Below the pieces are notes generated by a model. That model saw nothing but the letters and a program-made list of their open reading frames with translations, had not been told where the DNA came from and searched no databases. A stretch of 64,000 bases of DNA, from positions 386,658 to 450,657 of the forward strand of contig CAVYIY010000008.1 of assembly GCA_963768775.1 (NCBI GenBank), read 5' to 3'. Source of the DNA: Methanomassiliicoccaceae archaeon (lineage in GTDB: Archaea; Thermoplasmatota; Thermoplasmata; Methanomassiliicoccales; UBA472). Position 1 is the first letter of the stretch, and each line of letters starts with the position of its first letter. Positions 39,760-49,934 of the stretch are shown here, in pieces. The position numbers were made by a program, and so were the translations under genes.

Positions 39760-39987
39760 TTGGGATTTCTCAGCGTGGGAAAAATCCTCTTCTGTCCAGA
39801 TTGCGGATCGACCGAGATCTACTACGAGATTGGCGGGATCACTGGGACATATCATTGCCACAAGTGCGACTACATCGGTCCGTTGGTGATCGAAGACGAG
39901 TTCGAGGAGTCCGAGCTTCCCATTGAACGCAAGGACCAGGTAAAGAAGAAGAGAAGAATTGGCATCTTCAAGCGGAACCGTTCATAG
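39760..39987 (+). CDS. small zinc-ribbon protein
   Basis: CPDCGS..(17)..CHKCDY plus an acidic and basic tail. The start is ambiguous (TTG 39760 or GTG 39775). A TATA-like AAGTATATTAAA lies at about 39742-39753. Confidence 0.45.
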   Translation: MGFLSVGKILFCPDCGSTEIYYEIGGITGTYHCHKCDYIGPLVIEDEFEESELPIERKDQVKKKRRIGIFKRNRS

Positions 39988-40150
39988 AAGAGCTTCGTGC
40001 AATCGTCATCGTTCATTGAAATGATGTTTGCTTCAGCTGCAACTTTCGTTGTCATTCAAGTCAAATTGCTCCCAGTCAAATGAATGATTCATATAACGCT
40101 CTTCAAAAAGGTTGAGAAAGTTTGATTATCCTAGATTCCAGTATTAATGC

Positions 40151-41523
40151 GTGTCCGAATTGCTCTTGGTCATCGATCTCCAAGGCATTCCTTTGGAAGC
40201 TAATCAGCCATTAATCGATCTAATGGGATACAGTCGAGATGAGCTTTTTTCGCCAACATCCTTACAATGGTCCACCCAGACCAGCTTCAAAAGATGCTCG
40301 CTTCCATCGATCAGATCGTTAAGGTTGGTGCCCAAAAGCAGTTGGTCGAGTTCCAGTTAAGAAGGAAAGATGGAACTCTAGTAGAAATGGAAGTCAGCGG
40401 GTCACTGCTCTACCACGAAGGGGCTCCGCATGCCATTCAAATGACAGCTCGCGACATCACAGAACGCAGGAAGATCGAGGAGACCCTAAAGGCATCGGAG
40501 TCTAAGTACCGAAGGCTGTTCGAGGCCGCGCAGGATGGAATACTCATATTAAACGAAGCGACTGGCAAGGTCATCGATGCAAACCCATTCATACTTAGTC
40601 TGACCGAATATGCATTGGACGAGATCATTGGCAAGCAACTATGGGAGCTAGGTTTCATAGAAGACCAAGAGCTGTCGCGTAAGGCTTTCACCGCTTTGAA
40701 AAAGGAGGGGTTCATCAGATACGAGGACATTCCTTTGAGAACCAAGAACGGAAAACTCCTCAACGTCGAGTTCGTCAGCAATACCTATCAAGTGAATAAC
40801 ACAAGGATAATCCAATGCAATATCCGAGACATAACCGATCGGAAAAAGGCAGAGAAATCACTATCAGCCATCAATAATAAACTGAACATACTTGCCAGCA
40901 TCACTCGTCACGACATTTTGAATCAAATAACCGTCGTGCTTGGATACCTAGAATTGCAGAAGAATGCAACTTCGGAAGAAGCGAAAAGGGAACTTCTGGC
41001 GAAGGCGGAGCGCGCAGTCCTTGAGATCCAACGACAGATCGAATTCACCCGTGATTATCAGCAGATGGGCACATCAGAACCAGCGTGGCAGAATCTTTCC
41101 GAGGTCATTCTCCAACTCCCTGCGGCGAAGGATATTAAGAACCTCCGGCTTGCAGATTGTCTGAATAAGATAAGAGTCTATGCAGACCCGATGTTGGGAA
41201 AGGTCTTCCTCAACCTCATCACCAATAGCATCAAGCACGGTGGAGGCGTGAGCGAGATAAGGATCAATTGTCTCGATCTGCGGGATGCTCTTTTGATAAT
41301 CTACGAGGATAACGGGAAAGGCATCGAGGCAGGCCAAAAAGATATGATCTTCGAGAAGGGATTCGGTAGAAATTCAGGGCTCGGGCTCTTCCTTTCACGA
41401 GAGATATTGGCAATCACAGGGATCACCATAAAGGAGAACGGGAAAAAGGGGAAGGGCGCCAGGTTCGAGATGACCGTTCCAAGAGGAGCGTTCAAACAAA
41501 TCGCAAATGAAAATGTTAAATGA
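40151..41523 (+). CDS. PAS-domain sensor histidine kinase; N-terminally short and frameshifted in a T6 run
   Basis: ORFs 40151..40360 and 40267..41523 join as ..GYSRDELF(F)ANILTMVHPDQ.. at the T run 40245-40250. A second PAS follows (SESKYRRLFEAAQDGILILN), then the H-box ITRHDILNQ and the HATPase N/G boxes (NLITNSIKHG, GLGLFLSREI). Confidence 0.75.
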
Positions 41524-41586
41524 TAGAAAGGAAAATGATTGGTGTCTCTCGAACAAATCGCTTACACACGAGTTGAATCGGTCCGT

Positions 41587-42804
41587 TCAAGCGAACATTA
41601 CACCGGCTTCGGTGCACTTGGGCGTCTCGGTGTCAAGCACCTTCGCGACGGCGCGCTCGAAGTCGCACATGGTTACCATGTCGCGGTTGTCGCGGATGGC
41701 GAACATGCCCGCCTCGGTGCAGATCGACTTGATGTCGGCCCCGGTGGCGTTCTCCGCTTTTACGGCCAGCTCCATCGGGTTGATGCCTGGCTCGATGTTC
41801 ATCTTCGCCATGTGGATCTTGAATATCTCGGACCTGCCCTCGTAGTTGGGGATGGGGATCTCGATGATCCTGTCGAATCTCCCTGGTCTTAGAAGCGCCT
41901 CGTCCAGGATGTCTGGCCTGTTGGTCGCCCCGATGATCTTGACGTCGCCGATGGGGTTGAAGCCATCCAGTTCCGCAAGGAGCTGCATGAGCGTTCGCTG
42001 CACTTCACGATCCCCCGAGGTCGCGACCTCTAGTCGCTTCGCTCCGATGGAATCCAGCTCATCGATGAATACGATGCTCGGCGCCTTCTCTTTCGCCAAT
42101 TCGAAGAGCTCTCTGACCAGACGCGCTCCCTCGCCTATGTATTTCTGCACCAGCTCCGATCCGACGAAACGGATGAACGTCGCATTGGTCTGATGCGCTA
42201 CGGCCTTGGCGATCAGGGTCTTCCCCGTTCCTGGGGGTCCGACCAGCAGCACGCCCTTGGGCGGCTCTATACCCACCTTCTTGTAGAGCTCAGGTCTCAG
42301 CAGCGGGTCCTCCACCGCCTCCCTGACCTCGAGGATCTGGTCGTCCAGGCCACCGATCTCTTTGTAGGAGATGTTCGGCTTGTCGATGATCTCCGCTCCG
42401 ATCACTATTGGATCGAGCGAGGGGGGCAGCACGCCCATCACGGCAAGGGTCTGCTTGTTGAGGGCGACCCGTGCACCGACCTCCAGGTCCTCTGAGGGCA
42501 CATACTCTGAAGTGGAAACGATGAAATCTGGGCCAGTGGATGATTTGACAATGACCCGGCCGTCAGCCAGAACGTCCTTGATCGCGCCGATGATCAACGG
42601 CGGGGACTTGAGCCGCTCCATCTCGGAACGCAGACGCTTGAGCTCCTTCTGCAGGCGGAAAAGCTCGCTCTCCACGTAGCGCTTCTCCCCTTCCACGCGC
42701 CTGATCTCCTCTAGCAGCTCTGTGTTCCTTCGCTCCAGGACCTCGATCTTTTCGCGCATCTCGTTTGCGAGTTCCTCAACCTGGGGCTCTTTCGTGGACG
42801 TCAC
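41587..42804 (-). CDS. pan: proteasome-activating nucleotidase (PAN), AAA+ ATPase
   Basis: 405 aa. N-terminal coiled coil, [40 protein letters not shown] start. Confidence 0.95.
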   Translation of the reverse strand: MTSTKEPQVEELANEMREKIEVLERRNTELLEEIRRVEGEKRYVESELFRLQKELKRLRSEMERLKSPPLIIGAIKDVLADGRVIVKSSTGPDFIVSTSEYVPSEDLEVGARVALNKQTLAVMGVLPPSLDPIVIGAEIIDKPNISYKEIGGLDDQILEVREAVEDPLLRPELYKKVGIEPPKGVLLVGPPGTGKTLIAKAVAHQTNATFIRFVGSELVQKYIGEGARLVRELFELAKEKAPSIVFIDELDSIGAKRLEVATSGDREVQRTLMQLLAELDGFNPIGDVKIIGATNRPDILDEALLRPGRFDRIIEIPIPNYEGRSEIFKIHMAKMNIEPGINPMELAVKAENATGADIKSICTEAGMFAIRDNRDMVTMCDFERAVAKVLDTETPKCTEAGVMFA

Positions 42805-42827
42805 CTGAGTCTATCTGACTCGTTCTC

Positions 42828-42835
42828 AATATAAA
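42828..42835 (-). promoter_or_regulatory. TATA-box-like element (TTTATATT on the minus strand)
   Basis: Centred about 27 nt upstream of the PAN GTG start at 42804. Confidence 0.35.
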
Positions 42836-42901
42836 GGCGTTAGCTATTTGAAGGCTTCGAAGACAATTTTTGTTTTTTCATTCCGAAATATCGGGGACGT
42901 C

Positions 42902-42915
42902 ATCGAAATTTCGAT
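42902..42915. promoter_or_regulatory. perfect 14-bp palindrome ATCGAAATTTCGAT
   Basis: In the PAN/MBF1 divergent intergenic region. Related CGAAAT half-sites occur at about 42884 and 42996. Tandem GTCGAC-T-GTCGAC lies at 42944-42956. Confidence 0.35.
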
Positions 42916-43100
42916 TTCCTGGATGGGAATGCTTTCTTTTTAAGTCGACTGTCGACCGACTCGAATAATCCCATCTTCTTGAGTCCTCAATGGAATCGAA
43001 ATCGATAGCGCTAATTCTTGCCTTGCCCAAAATTACCGCCAAGCGGGATTGTCGCTCTTCCGTCCACATTCTTGACGAGAATCGTCCTCTTCGCGGAAGC

Positions 43101-43110
43101 ATTTATTAAT
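43101..43110 (+). promoter_or_regulatory. TATA-box-like element (ATTTATTAAT)
   Basis: Centred about 27 nt upstream of the MBF1 ATG at 43132. Confidence 0.35.
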
Positions 43111-43131
43111 CGAATGGATGTTTGGAGAAAC

Positions 43132-43623
43132 ATGGGCGTTTGCGAGCTCTGCGGGAAGGATGTGCCCGAGACCAGGTCGACGTGGGTCGAGGGCACTCAA
43201 CTGAAGCTGTGCAAGGATTGCCAGCGCTTCGGTGATAAGGTCAAGAGCGGGACTAACGAATCGCCGACCAAGGTGGTTATCGAGTCCCGCCTACAGCAGA
43301 GGGAGCGGCGCATGCGCAGCCGCGACATCTACCAAGAGGAGGAGGCCTTCGAATTGGCCGAGGACTACTCCAAGAGGATCAGGGACGGCCGCAATGCCAG
43401 AGGCTGGACCCAGGAGCAGCTGGGGGCGAAGATCAACGAGCGGGTGACCATCCTCTCGAAGATCGAGTCCGGCACGATGAAGCCGACCGACGACCTAGTG
43501 TCGAAATTGGAGAAGTCCCTGAACATCGTCCTGATCGAGAAGGTGCCGCTGATCAAGCCAGAAGGAAAGACATCAGGATCCGGCTCCTCGTTCACGCTGG
43601 GCGACCTGATTAAGAAGAAGTGA
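43132..43623 (+). CDS. mbf1: archaeal multiprotein bridging factor 1 (zinc ribbon + Cro/C1-type HTH)
   Basis: MGVCELCGK..CKDCQRFG zinc ribbon. HTH RNARGWTQEQLGAKINERVTILSKIESG. Confidence 0.85.
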   Translation: MGVCELCGKDVPETRSTWVEGTQLKLCKDCQRFGDKVKSGTNESPTKVVIESRLQQRERRMRSRDIYQEEEAFELAEDYSKRIRDGRNARGWTQEQLGAKINERVTILSKIESGTMKPTDDLVSKLEKSLNIVLIEKVPLIKPEGKTSGSGSSFTLGDLIKKK

Positions 43624-43628
43624 TGCCC

Positions 43629-44096
43629 TCAGCGGGAAAGCACTTCCCTTCTCACATTATCCACGTATTTCGCTATGTCGATGCCGCTGTCCTTGGCGAC
43701 AGCTAGGGCGGCTATCTCGATGTCCACTCCCAGCCTGTCTTGGGCCTTGTTAATCCTGGAGACAATGTCCCTCTTGCTCTGTCCGGTGCTCTTGGAGACA
43801 TCCTCCAGGATTAGCGAGAAGACGCTGACCTCTGGCTCGACGTCCCTGAGGATGTCTTTACACGGTTTGAACGATTGCGGGACCTCGATGTCCTTGTAGA
43901 CGAAGGTGGGCTTCACGAAGCCCTCGGTGCGAGTAAGCAATCCTCGCTTGATCCCCATTTCTAGCAGCACCTGGGCCTCCTTAGGCGAGAACCAACGCTG
44001 GTCCATGGAAGCGGTGAAAACGAATTCCTTCTCAGTCAAGACTCCTTTCCCCTTGTTCTTGAACAGAAGTCCCAGGCACGTCTCCATGTCACCCAT
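43629..44096 (-). CDS. conserved archaeal hypothetical protein (possibly DUF2240-type)
   Basis: 155-aa clean ORF, convergent with mbf1. The family name is from memory only. Confidence 0.45.
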   Translation of the reverse strand: MGDMETCLGLLFKNKGKGVLTEKEFVFTASMDQRWFSPKEAQVLLEMGIKRGLLTRTEGFVKPTFVYKDIEVPQSFKPCKDILRDVEPEVSVFSLILEDVSKSTGQSKRDIVSRINKAQDRLGVDIEIAALAVAKDSGIDIAKYVDNVRREVLSR

Positions 44097-44305
44097 GATA
44101 CCAACTTTCCCTTCGCTTGGTTATCGATGGCGTGAATAAAGACTTCTCGCTTCTTCTCGCATTCGCGGGTCGCGTTTCCATTCCCGTTTGGCAACGATTG
44201 AGGGCCAATTGAGTCGCAAGGAACTTCAAGGTCTTACAGATGCGCTGGACGGTCTCCATTATCTCTACAAATCAATGGCATTCACGAATCGCGTTTCACC
44301 AACCG

Positions 44306-44312
44306 TTATATA
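44306..44312 (+). promoter_or_regulatory. TATA-box-like element (TTATATA) upstream of the thermosome gene
   Basis: About 75 nt upstream of the ATG at 44385. SD GGAGGT lies at 44373-44378. Confidence 0.3.
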
Positions 44313-44384
44313 GAAGAACAAACATCTCTTGCCGCTAGCTGAGAGCTAGGTAACTCCGTTTAATGGATATGTGGAGGTAATGAC

Positions 44385-46025
44385 ATGGGAATGGGTCAAA
44401 CACCGATATTGATTCTCAAAGAAGGTACTAAGAGGGACAAGGGCAAGGACGCCCAGTACAACAACATCATGGCAGCCAGGGCGATCGCCGATGCCGTCAG
44501 GAGCACACTCGGTCCGAGGGGAATGGACAAGATGCTCGTCGACAGCATGGGTGACGTCGTGATCACAAACGACGGCGTGACCATCCTCAAGGAGATCGAC
44601 GTCGAGCACCCGGCAGCGAAGATGCTGGTAGAGGTGGCCAAGACCCAGGACGAGGAGACTGGCGATGGCACCACCACCGCGGTCATACTGACCGGAGAGC
44701 TGCTGAAGAAGGCCGTGGACCTGATCGACGCCAACGTTCACCCCACAATCATCACCGCTGGATACCGCTTGGCTTCCATCAAGGCCCTGGAGGTCTTGGA
44801 GAAGGTCGCCATGAATATCGACATCAAGGACCGCCAGTTGCTGCGCGAAATAGCGATGACGGCGATGATGTCCAAGTCCGTGGTCGGAAGCCGCGAGCAC
44901 ATGGCCGATGTGGCCGTGGACGCCGTGATCAAGGTCGCCGAGAAGCTTGATGGAAAGTACTTCGTCGACACCGACAACATCCAGGTCGTCAAGAAGCAGG
45001 GCGGCTCTATGAAGGACACCGCGATGATCGAGGGGATCATCGTCGACAAGGAGCCTGTGCACCCGGCAATGCCGAAGAAAGTGGCAAAGGCCAAGATCAT
45101 GCTGCTCGACGCCGCGCTCGAGATCAAGAAGACCGAGATCGACGCCAAGATCGAGATCACCGAACCATCCCAGATGCAGGCGTTCCTCCATGAGGAAGAG
45201 CGCATGCTGCGTGACATGGTCGAGAAGATCAAGAAGTCCGGTGCCAACGTCGTGTTCTGCCAGAAGGGCATTGACGACCTGGTGCAGCACTTCCTTTCCA
45301 AGGAGCAGATCTACGCCGCACGCCGCGTCAAGAAGACCGACATGGACAAGCTGGCCAAGGCGACCGGCGCCAACGTCATCACCAAGCTCGACGAGTTCGA
45401 GCCGGCCGATCTGGGGAACGCTGACATGGTCGAGGTGAAGAAGGTCCAGGACGAGGAAATGACCTTCGTCACCGGCTGCAAGAACGCCAAGGCCATCAGC
45501 ATCCTGATCCGTGGCGGTACCGAGCACGTGGTCGACGAGATCGAGCGGTCACTGGACGATGCCACAAGTGTCATCGCGGTCGCGATCGAGGACGGAAAGA
45601 TGGTCACTGGTGGAGGTTCGACCGCCGTTGAGCTCGCGCTCAGGCTGCGCGAGTACTCGTCCACCGTTGGTGGCAGGGAGCAGATCGCCATCGACGCCTT
45701 CGCTTCCGCACTGGAAGTCATTCCCACCGCACTGGCAGAGAACGCCGGACTGGACCCGATCGACATCCTAATCGAGATGCGCAAGGCGCACAAGGGCGGG
45801 AAGGTCTACGCTGGTGTGAACGTCTTCAATGGAAAGGTAGAGGACATGAAGAAGAACAACGTCCTCGAGCCATTGCGCGTCGGCAAGCAGGCCATCAACT
45901 CGGCAACGGACGCTGCGGTCATGATCCTGAGGATCGATGACGTCATCGCTTCGAGGGGCGGTCCGGGCGGAGCACCAGGTGGCAGCGGCATGCCGGGCAG
46001 CGACGAAGGCATGGACATGGATTAA
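44385..46025 (+). CDS. ths: thermosome subunit (group II chaperonin)
   Basis: 546 aa: [30 protein letters not shown], and a C-terminal GGMPG../MDMD tail. Confidence 0.95.
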   Translation: MGMGQTPILILKEGTKRDKGKDAQYNNIMAARAIADAVRSTLGPRGMDKMLVDSMGDVVITNDGVTILKEIDVEHPAAKMLVEVAKTQDEETGDGTTTAVILTGELLKKAVDLIDANVHPTIITAGYRLASIKALEVLEKVAMNIDIKDRQLLREIAMTAMMSKSVVGSREHMADVAVDAVIKVAEKLDGKYFVDTDNIQVVKKQGGSMKDTAMIEGIIVDKEPVHPAMPKKVAKAKIMLLDAALEIKKTEIDAKIEITEPSQMQAFLHEEERMLRDMVEKIKKSGANVVFCQKGIDDLVQHFLSKEQIYAARRVKKTDMDKLAKATGANVITKLDEFEPADLGNADMVEVKKVQDEEMTFVTGCKNAKAISILIRGGTEHVVDEIERSLDDATSVIAVAIEDGKMVTGGGSTAVELALRLREYSSTVGGREQIAIDAFASALEVIPTALAENAGLDPIDILIEMRKAHKGGKVYAGVNVFNGKVEDMKKNNVLEPLRVGKQAINSATDAAVMILRIDDVIASRGGPGGAPGGSGMPGSDEGMDMD

Positions 46026-46039
46026 ACGCAAAACACAAA

Positions 46040-46070
46040 GGAGGGCTAACGCCCTCCTCTTCATTTCATA
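46040..46070 (+). terminator. hairpin GGAGGGC-TAAC-GCCCTCC followed by a T-rich tract
   Basis: Perfect 7-bp stem at 46040-46057, 15 nt after the thermosome stop, followed by tcttcatttcat. Confidence 0.4.
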
Positions 46071-46075
46071 ATGCT

Positions 46076-46085
46076 TTTAATTATA
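46076..46085 (+). promoter_or_regulatory. TATA-box-like element (TTTAATTATA) for the grpE-dnaK-dnaJ operon
   Basis: About 26-35 nt upstream of candidate starts GTG 46111 and ATG 46120. Confidence 0.35.
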
Positions 46086-46110
46086 GGTCGAGCAACAATC
46101 GCATCTTAAG

Positions 46111-46695
46111 GTGACGGTCATGGTCGGCGGCGCTGGAGAAGGCCCGGCTGAAGGAACCGAGCCAGAAGAGGTGAATTCTATGTCAAACAGGCAACTTCAG
46201 TCCGAGGTCGAGTCGCTCCGTGGTGAAGTTGAATCGTTGAGGCAGGACCTGGAGAAGCAAACCTCGAACATGGCCTATTATCTCGACGCCACCAAGCGCA
46301 TCCAGGCAGACTTCGATAACTACAAGAAGAGAGTGCAGCGCGACAGAGAGGAGTACATCAAGCAGGCCAATGACAAGCTGATCTCTGAGCTCCTCGGCTT
46401 CGTGGACGACCTGGAGCGGGCGTTGTGCTCGCCGGGGAACGTCGACGACCTGAAGACGGGGCTCTGCCAGGTCCAAAACAATCTGCTAGCGCTCTTGAGA
46501 TCATATGGGCTGAAGGAGATGCCGAGCGAGGGGGACTTCGATCCGACCCTGCACGAGGCGCTGTGCACCACGGAGGGGGAGGAAGGTAAGATATGCGAGG
46601 TCCTCCAGAAAGGTTATCTCCTCGGTCCTCGAGTAATCAGACATGCCAAGGTCAAAGTAGGCAAGACATCGGAGAAAGGTGAAGAAAATGGCTAG
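46111..46695 (+). CDS. grpE: nucleotide exchange factor GrpE
   Basis: Coiled-coil N-terminus; ..[15 protein letters not shown].., FDPTLHEAL.. The start is ambiguous (46111, 46120 or 46180). The stop overlaps the dnaK start. Confidence 0.85.
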   Translation: MTVMVGGAGEGPAEGTEPEEVNSMSNRQLQSEVESLRGEVESLRQDLEKQTSNMAYYLDATKRIQADFDNYKKRVQRDREEYIKQANDKLISELLGFVDDLERALCSPGNVDDLKTGLCQVQNNLLALLRSYGLKEMPSEGDFDPTLHEALCTTEGEEGKICEVLQKGYLLGPRVIRHAKVKVGKTSEKGEENG

Positions 46696-48587
46696 AATCA
46701 TCGGTATCGATTTGGGAACAAGCAATTCAGCGGCCGCAGTGATGGAGGGAGGCAGGCCGACGATAATCCCCTCCGCAGAGGGAACCAGCCTGGGAGGGAA
46801 AGCGTTCCCGTCGTATGTAGCATTCACCAAGGACGGGCAATTGCTGGTCGGTGAGCCGGCCAGACGACAGGCGGTCTCCAATCCTGAGGGCACCATCGCG
46901 GCCATCAAGCGGAAGATGGGGACGGATTACAAGGTCAAGGTTATGGGGAAGGAGTACACCCCCCAGCAGATATCCGCGTTCATCCTGCAGAAGATCAAGC
47001 GGGACTCGGAGGCGTATCTGGGGGAGCAGGTATCGAAAGCGGTCATCACCGTGCCGGCATATTTCAACGACAACCAGAGGCAGGCGACCAAGGATGCCGG
47101 CGCGATAGCCGGTCTGGAGGTAGTGAGGATAATCAACGAGCCGACGGCGGCGGCGCTGGCGTTCGGCCTGGACAAGAGCGAGAAGGAACAGAAGATCATG
47201 GTCTTCGACCTGGGCGGCGGGACTCTCGATGTCACCATCATGGAGTTCAGCGCCGGGGTCTTCGAGGTCATCTCCACCAGCGGCGACACCCAGCTTGGTG
47301 GCACGGACATGGACGAGATCCTGATGAACTTCGTCGCCAGCCAGTTCAAGCTGGAGACGGGCATCGACGTCACCAAGGACAAGATGGCCCTCTATCGCGT
47401 TCGCGAGGCGTCGGAGAAGGCCAAGATCGAGCTGTCGACCACCCTGTCGACGGAGATCAACCTGCCATTCATCACCGCGGACGCGAACGGCCCGAGGCAT
47501 CTGTCGATGACGATCAGCCGGGCGAAGCTGGAAGAGCTCATCAACCCGGTGGTGGAAAAGTGCCGCGGTCCCTTGACGAACGCCATGAGGGACGCGAAGC
47601 TTACTCCGGAGAACATCGACTCGGTCATCCTGGTCGGAGGGCCAACGCGCATGCCCATCGTGCAGCGCTTCGTGGAGAACATGGTCGGCAAGGAAGATCC
47701 AGCGGGGCATGGACCCGATGGAGTGCGTGGCCATGGGGGCCGCGATCCAAGGGGCGGTGCTGTCTGGAGAGGTCAAGGACGTGCTGCTGCTCGACGTGAC
47801 ACCGCTTTCCCTGGGAATCGAGACGCTGGGCGGGATTGCCACCAAGCTCATCGACCGCAACACCACCATACCGACGAGGAAGTCGCAGATATTCTCCACG
47901 GCATCCGATAATCAGCCGGCGGTGGAGATACATATCGTCCAGGGCGAGAGGGACATGGCAGCAGACAACGTCTCCTTGGGCAGGTTCCAACTCACGGGCA
48001 TAATGCCAGCGCCCAGAGGGATACCGCAGATCGAGGTCTCGTTCGACATCGATGCCAACGGCATCGTGAACGTGAGCGCCAAGGACCTGGGAACAGGCAA
48101 GGAGCAGAAGATTACCATCACCTCGTCCAAGAAGCTGAGCAAGGACGAGATCGAGAAATCGGTCAAGGAGGCGGAGCGCTTCTCCGAGGACGACAAGAAA
48201 CGTCGGGAGAAGATCGAGACCATCAACCAGGCGGACACTCTGATCTATACCACGGAGAAAACTCTGGTCGAGCAGACCGATAAGATATCCGCCGAGGAGA
48301 GGGAGAAGGTCCAGAAGGCCATCACCGAGCTGAAGGAAGCGATGAAGGGCGAGGACCTAGCGAACCTCAAGGCGAAGATCGAGGCTCTGACCAAGGATAT
48401 GTACGCCATCTCCACCCGCTTGTACTCCGAGGCCTCGAAGAAGGCCGGAGAGCAGCACGCGCAGGGCCCTGGAGGGCAGGGACCGCAGGGCGCCGGGCCG
48501 GAGGAAGCCCAGGGTCAACAGGAAAACGGTAAAGGCGAATATCGGGATGCGGATTATAAGATCGTCGACGAGGACGAAAAGAAGTAA
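46688..48587 (+). CDS. dnaK: molecular chaperone DnaK (Hsp70); one frameshift
   Basis: [20 protein letters not shown]. ORFs 46679..47911 and 47709..48587 join as ..VENMVGKE|[19 protein letters not shown].. near 47693. Confidence 0.95.
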
Positions 48588-48600
48588 CGGACGTTAGCCG

Positions 48601-49743
48601 ATGGCCGATAAACGTGATTACTATGAGGTCTTGGGCATCCCAAGGACCGCCAGCATCGACGAGATTAAGAAGGCCTACCGCGAGCTGGCTCGCAAGTATC
48701 ATCCCGATGTGACCAAGGAAGAAAAGGGTCATGCCGAGGAGCGCTTCAAGGAGATATCCGAGGCGTACGAGGTGCTGGTCGACGCCGACAAGCGTAAGCT
48801 CTACGATCAGTACGGGCACGCTGGGATGCAAGGTCAGTTCTCAAATGGCGGGTTCGATTGGAAGGACTTCACGCACGCTGGCGATATAAGGGACATATTC
48901 GGCGATTCGGGCGGCTTCGGCTTCAGCGGCAACCTCTTCGACATGCTGTTCGGGATGGGGGGTAGGAGCAGCCGAGGACCGCATCTTGGTCAGTCCCTCC
49001 GTTTCGACATCGAGATAACGCTGGACGAGGCGGCCAAGGGCGGCAAGAGAGAGATCGCCATCCCCCGGACGGTCAAGTGCGACATCTGCGCCGGAACGGG
49101 CGCAAAGGAGGGCAAGATCGCCACCTGCCCCGCCTGCGGAGGCAAGGGCCAGGTGCAGAACGTGCAGCAACGCGGATCCAGCCGCTACGTGACCGTGAGC
49201 GCCTGTCCGCGTTGCCGGGGCGCAGGGTCGCTGGCGGAGGCGCGCTGCCCGAAATGCGGCGGCCGCGGTTCATTGCTGAAGACATCCAAGATCAGCATTG
49301 ACATCCCGAAGGGGATCGATACTGGAATGAGGCTTAGGTTCCAAGGAGCGGGGGACGACAGCCCCGATGGCGGGCCGCCTGGCGACCTATTCGTGGTGGT
49401 GCATGTGAAGGAGCACGACCTCTTCAAGCGGGACGGGGCGGATCTCTGGATGGATTGGCCAGTGGCGTTCCCCGATGCCGCGCTCGGTGCCGAGGTTGAG
49501 ATTCCCACCCTGGACGGGAAGGCGATGCTCAACGTGCCATCGGGGACGCAGGATGATTCGGTGCTGCGTATGAGGGGGAACGGCCTGCCCCGCCTCGATG
49601 CCAGAGGCAGAGGGGATCAGTTCGTCCGCATCAAGATCAAGGTGCCCAAGAAGCTTAGCGCAGAGCAGAAGACGCTGCTAAAGAAGTTCGCCGAGCTAGA
49701 GGGATCCAAGAAGGGAATCCTGGACAAGTTCAAGGGCGTTTGA
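48601..49743 (+). CDS. dnaJ: molecular chaperone DnaJ
   Basis: J domain [12 protein letters not shown], a G/F region, and four CxxCxGxG repeats. Confidence 0.95.
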   Translation: MADKRDYYEVLGIPRTASIDEIKKAYRELARKYHPDVTKEEKGHAEERFKEISEAYEVLVDADKRKLYDQYGHAGMQGQFSNGGFDWKDFTHAGDIRDIFGDSGGFGFSGNLFDMLFGMGGRSSRGPHLGQSLRFDIEITLDEAAKGGKREIAIPRTVKCDICAGTGAKEGKIATCPACGGKGQVQNVQQRGSSRYVTVSACPRCRGAGSLAEARCPKCGGRGSLLKTSKISIDIPKGIDTGMRLRFQGAGDDSPDGGPPGDLFVVVHVKEHDLFKRDGADLWMDWPVAFPDAALGAEVEIPTLDGKAMLNVPSGTQDDSVLRMRGNGLPRLDARGRGDQFVRIKIKVPKKLSAEQKTLLKKFAELEGSKKGILDKFKGV

Positions 49744-49934
49744 TCGCCGAATGCGTCCGAGCGATGTTTGGCACTTTTCCGCATGAAAGGGAGCAGGCTT
49801 GATAGAGCAGCTGGATTCATATCATGGCAAAATGGCATGCGCCTCTGCACCCTGGCAGCATGTGACAGCGGACAAGGTTTTAATGCCGCTTCGATATCGC
49901 TGCCAGAAGCTTGCCCTGCGGAAAAGGTGTGATA

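Noticed and set aside
42878-43102. 74-aa minus-strand ORF in the PAN/MBF1 intergenic region; also 43011..43196
   Set aside because: It has no SD or TATA, is Arg/Ser-rich, and overlaps the MBF1 promoter. It is more likely non-coding regulatory DNA.
44346-45527. 393-aa minus-strand ORF; the 390-aa ORF 46727..47899 is a similar case
   Set aside because: These are antisense to the thermosome and dnaK genes respectively, with no recognisable motifs. The sense genes are unambiguous.
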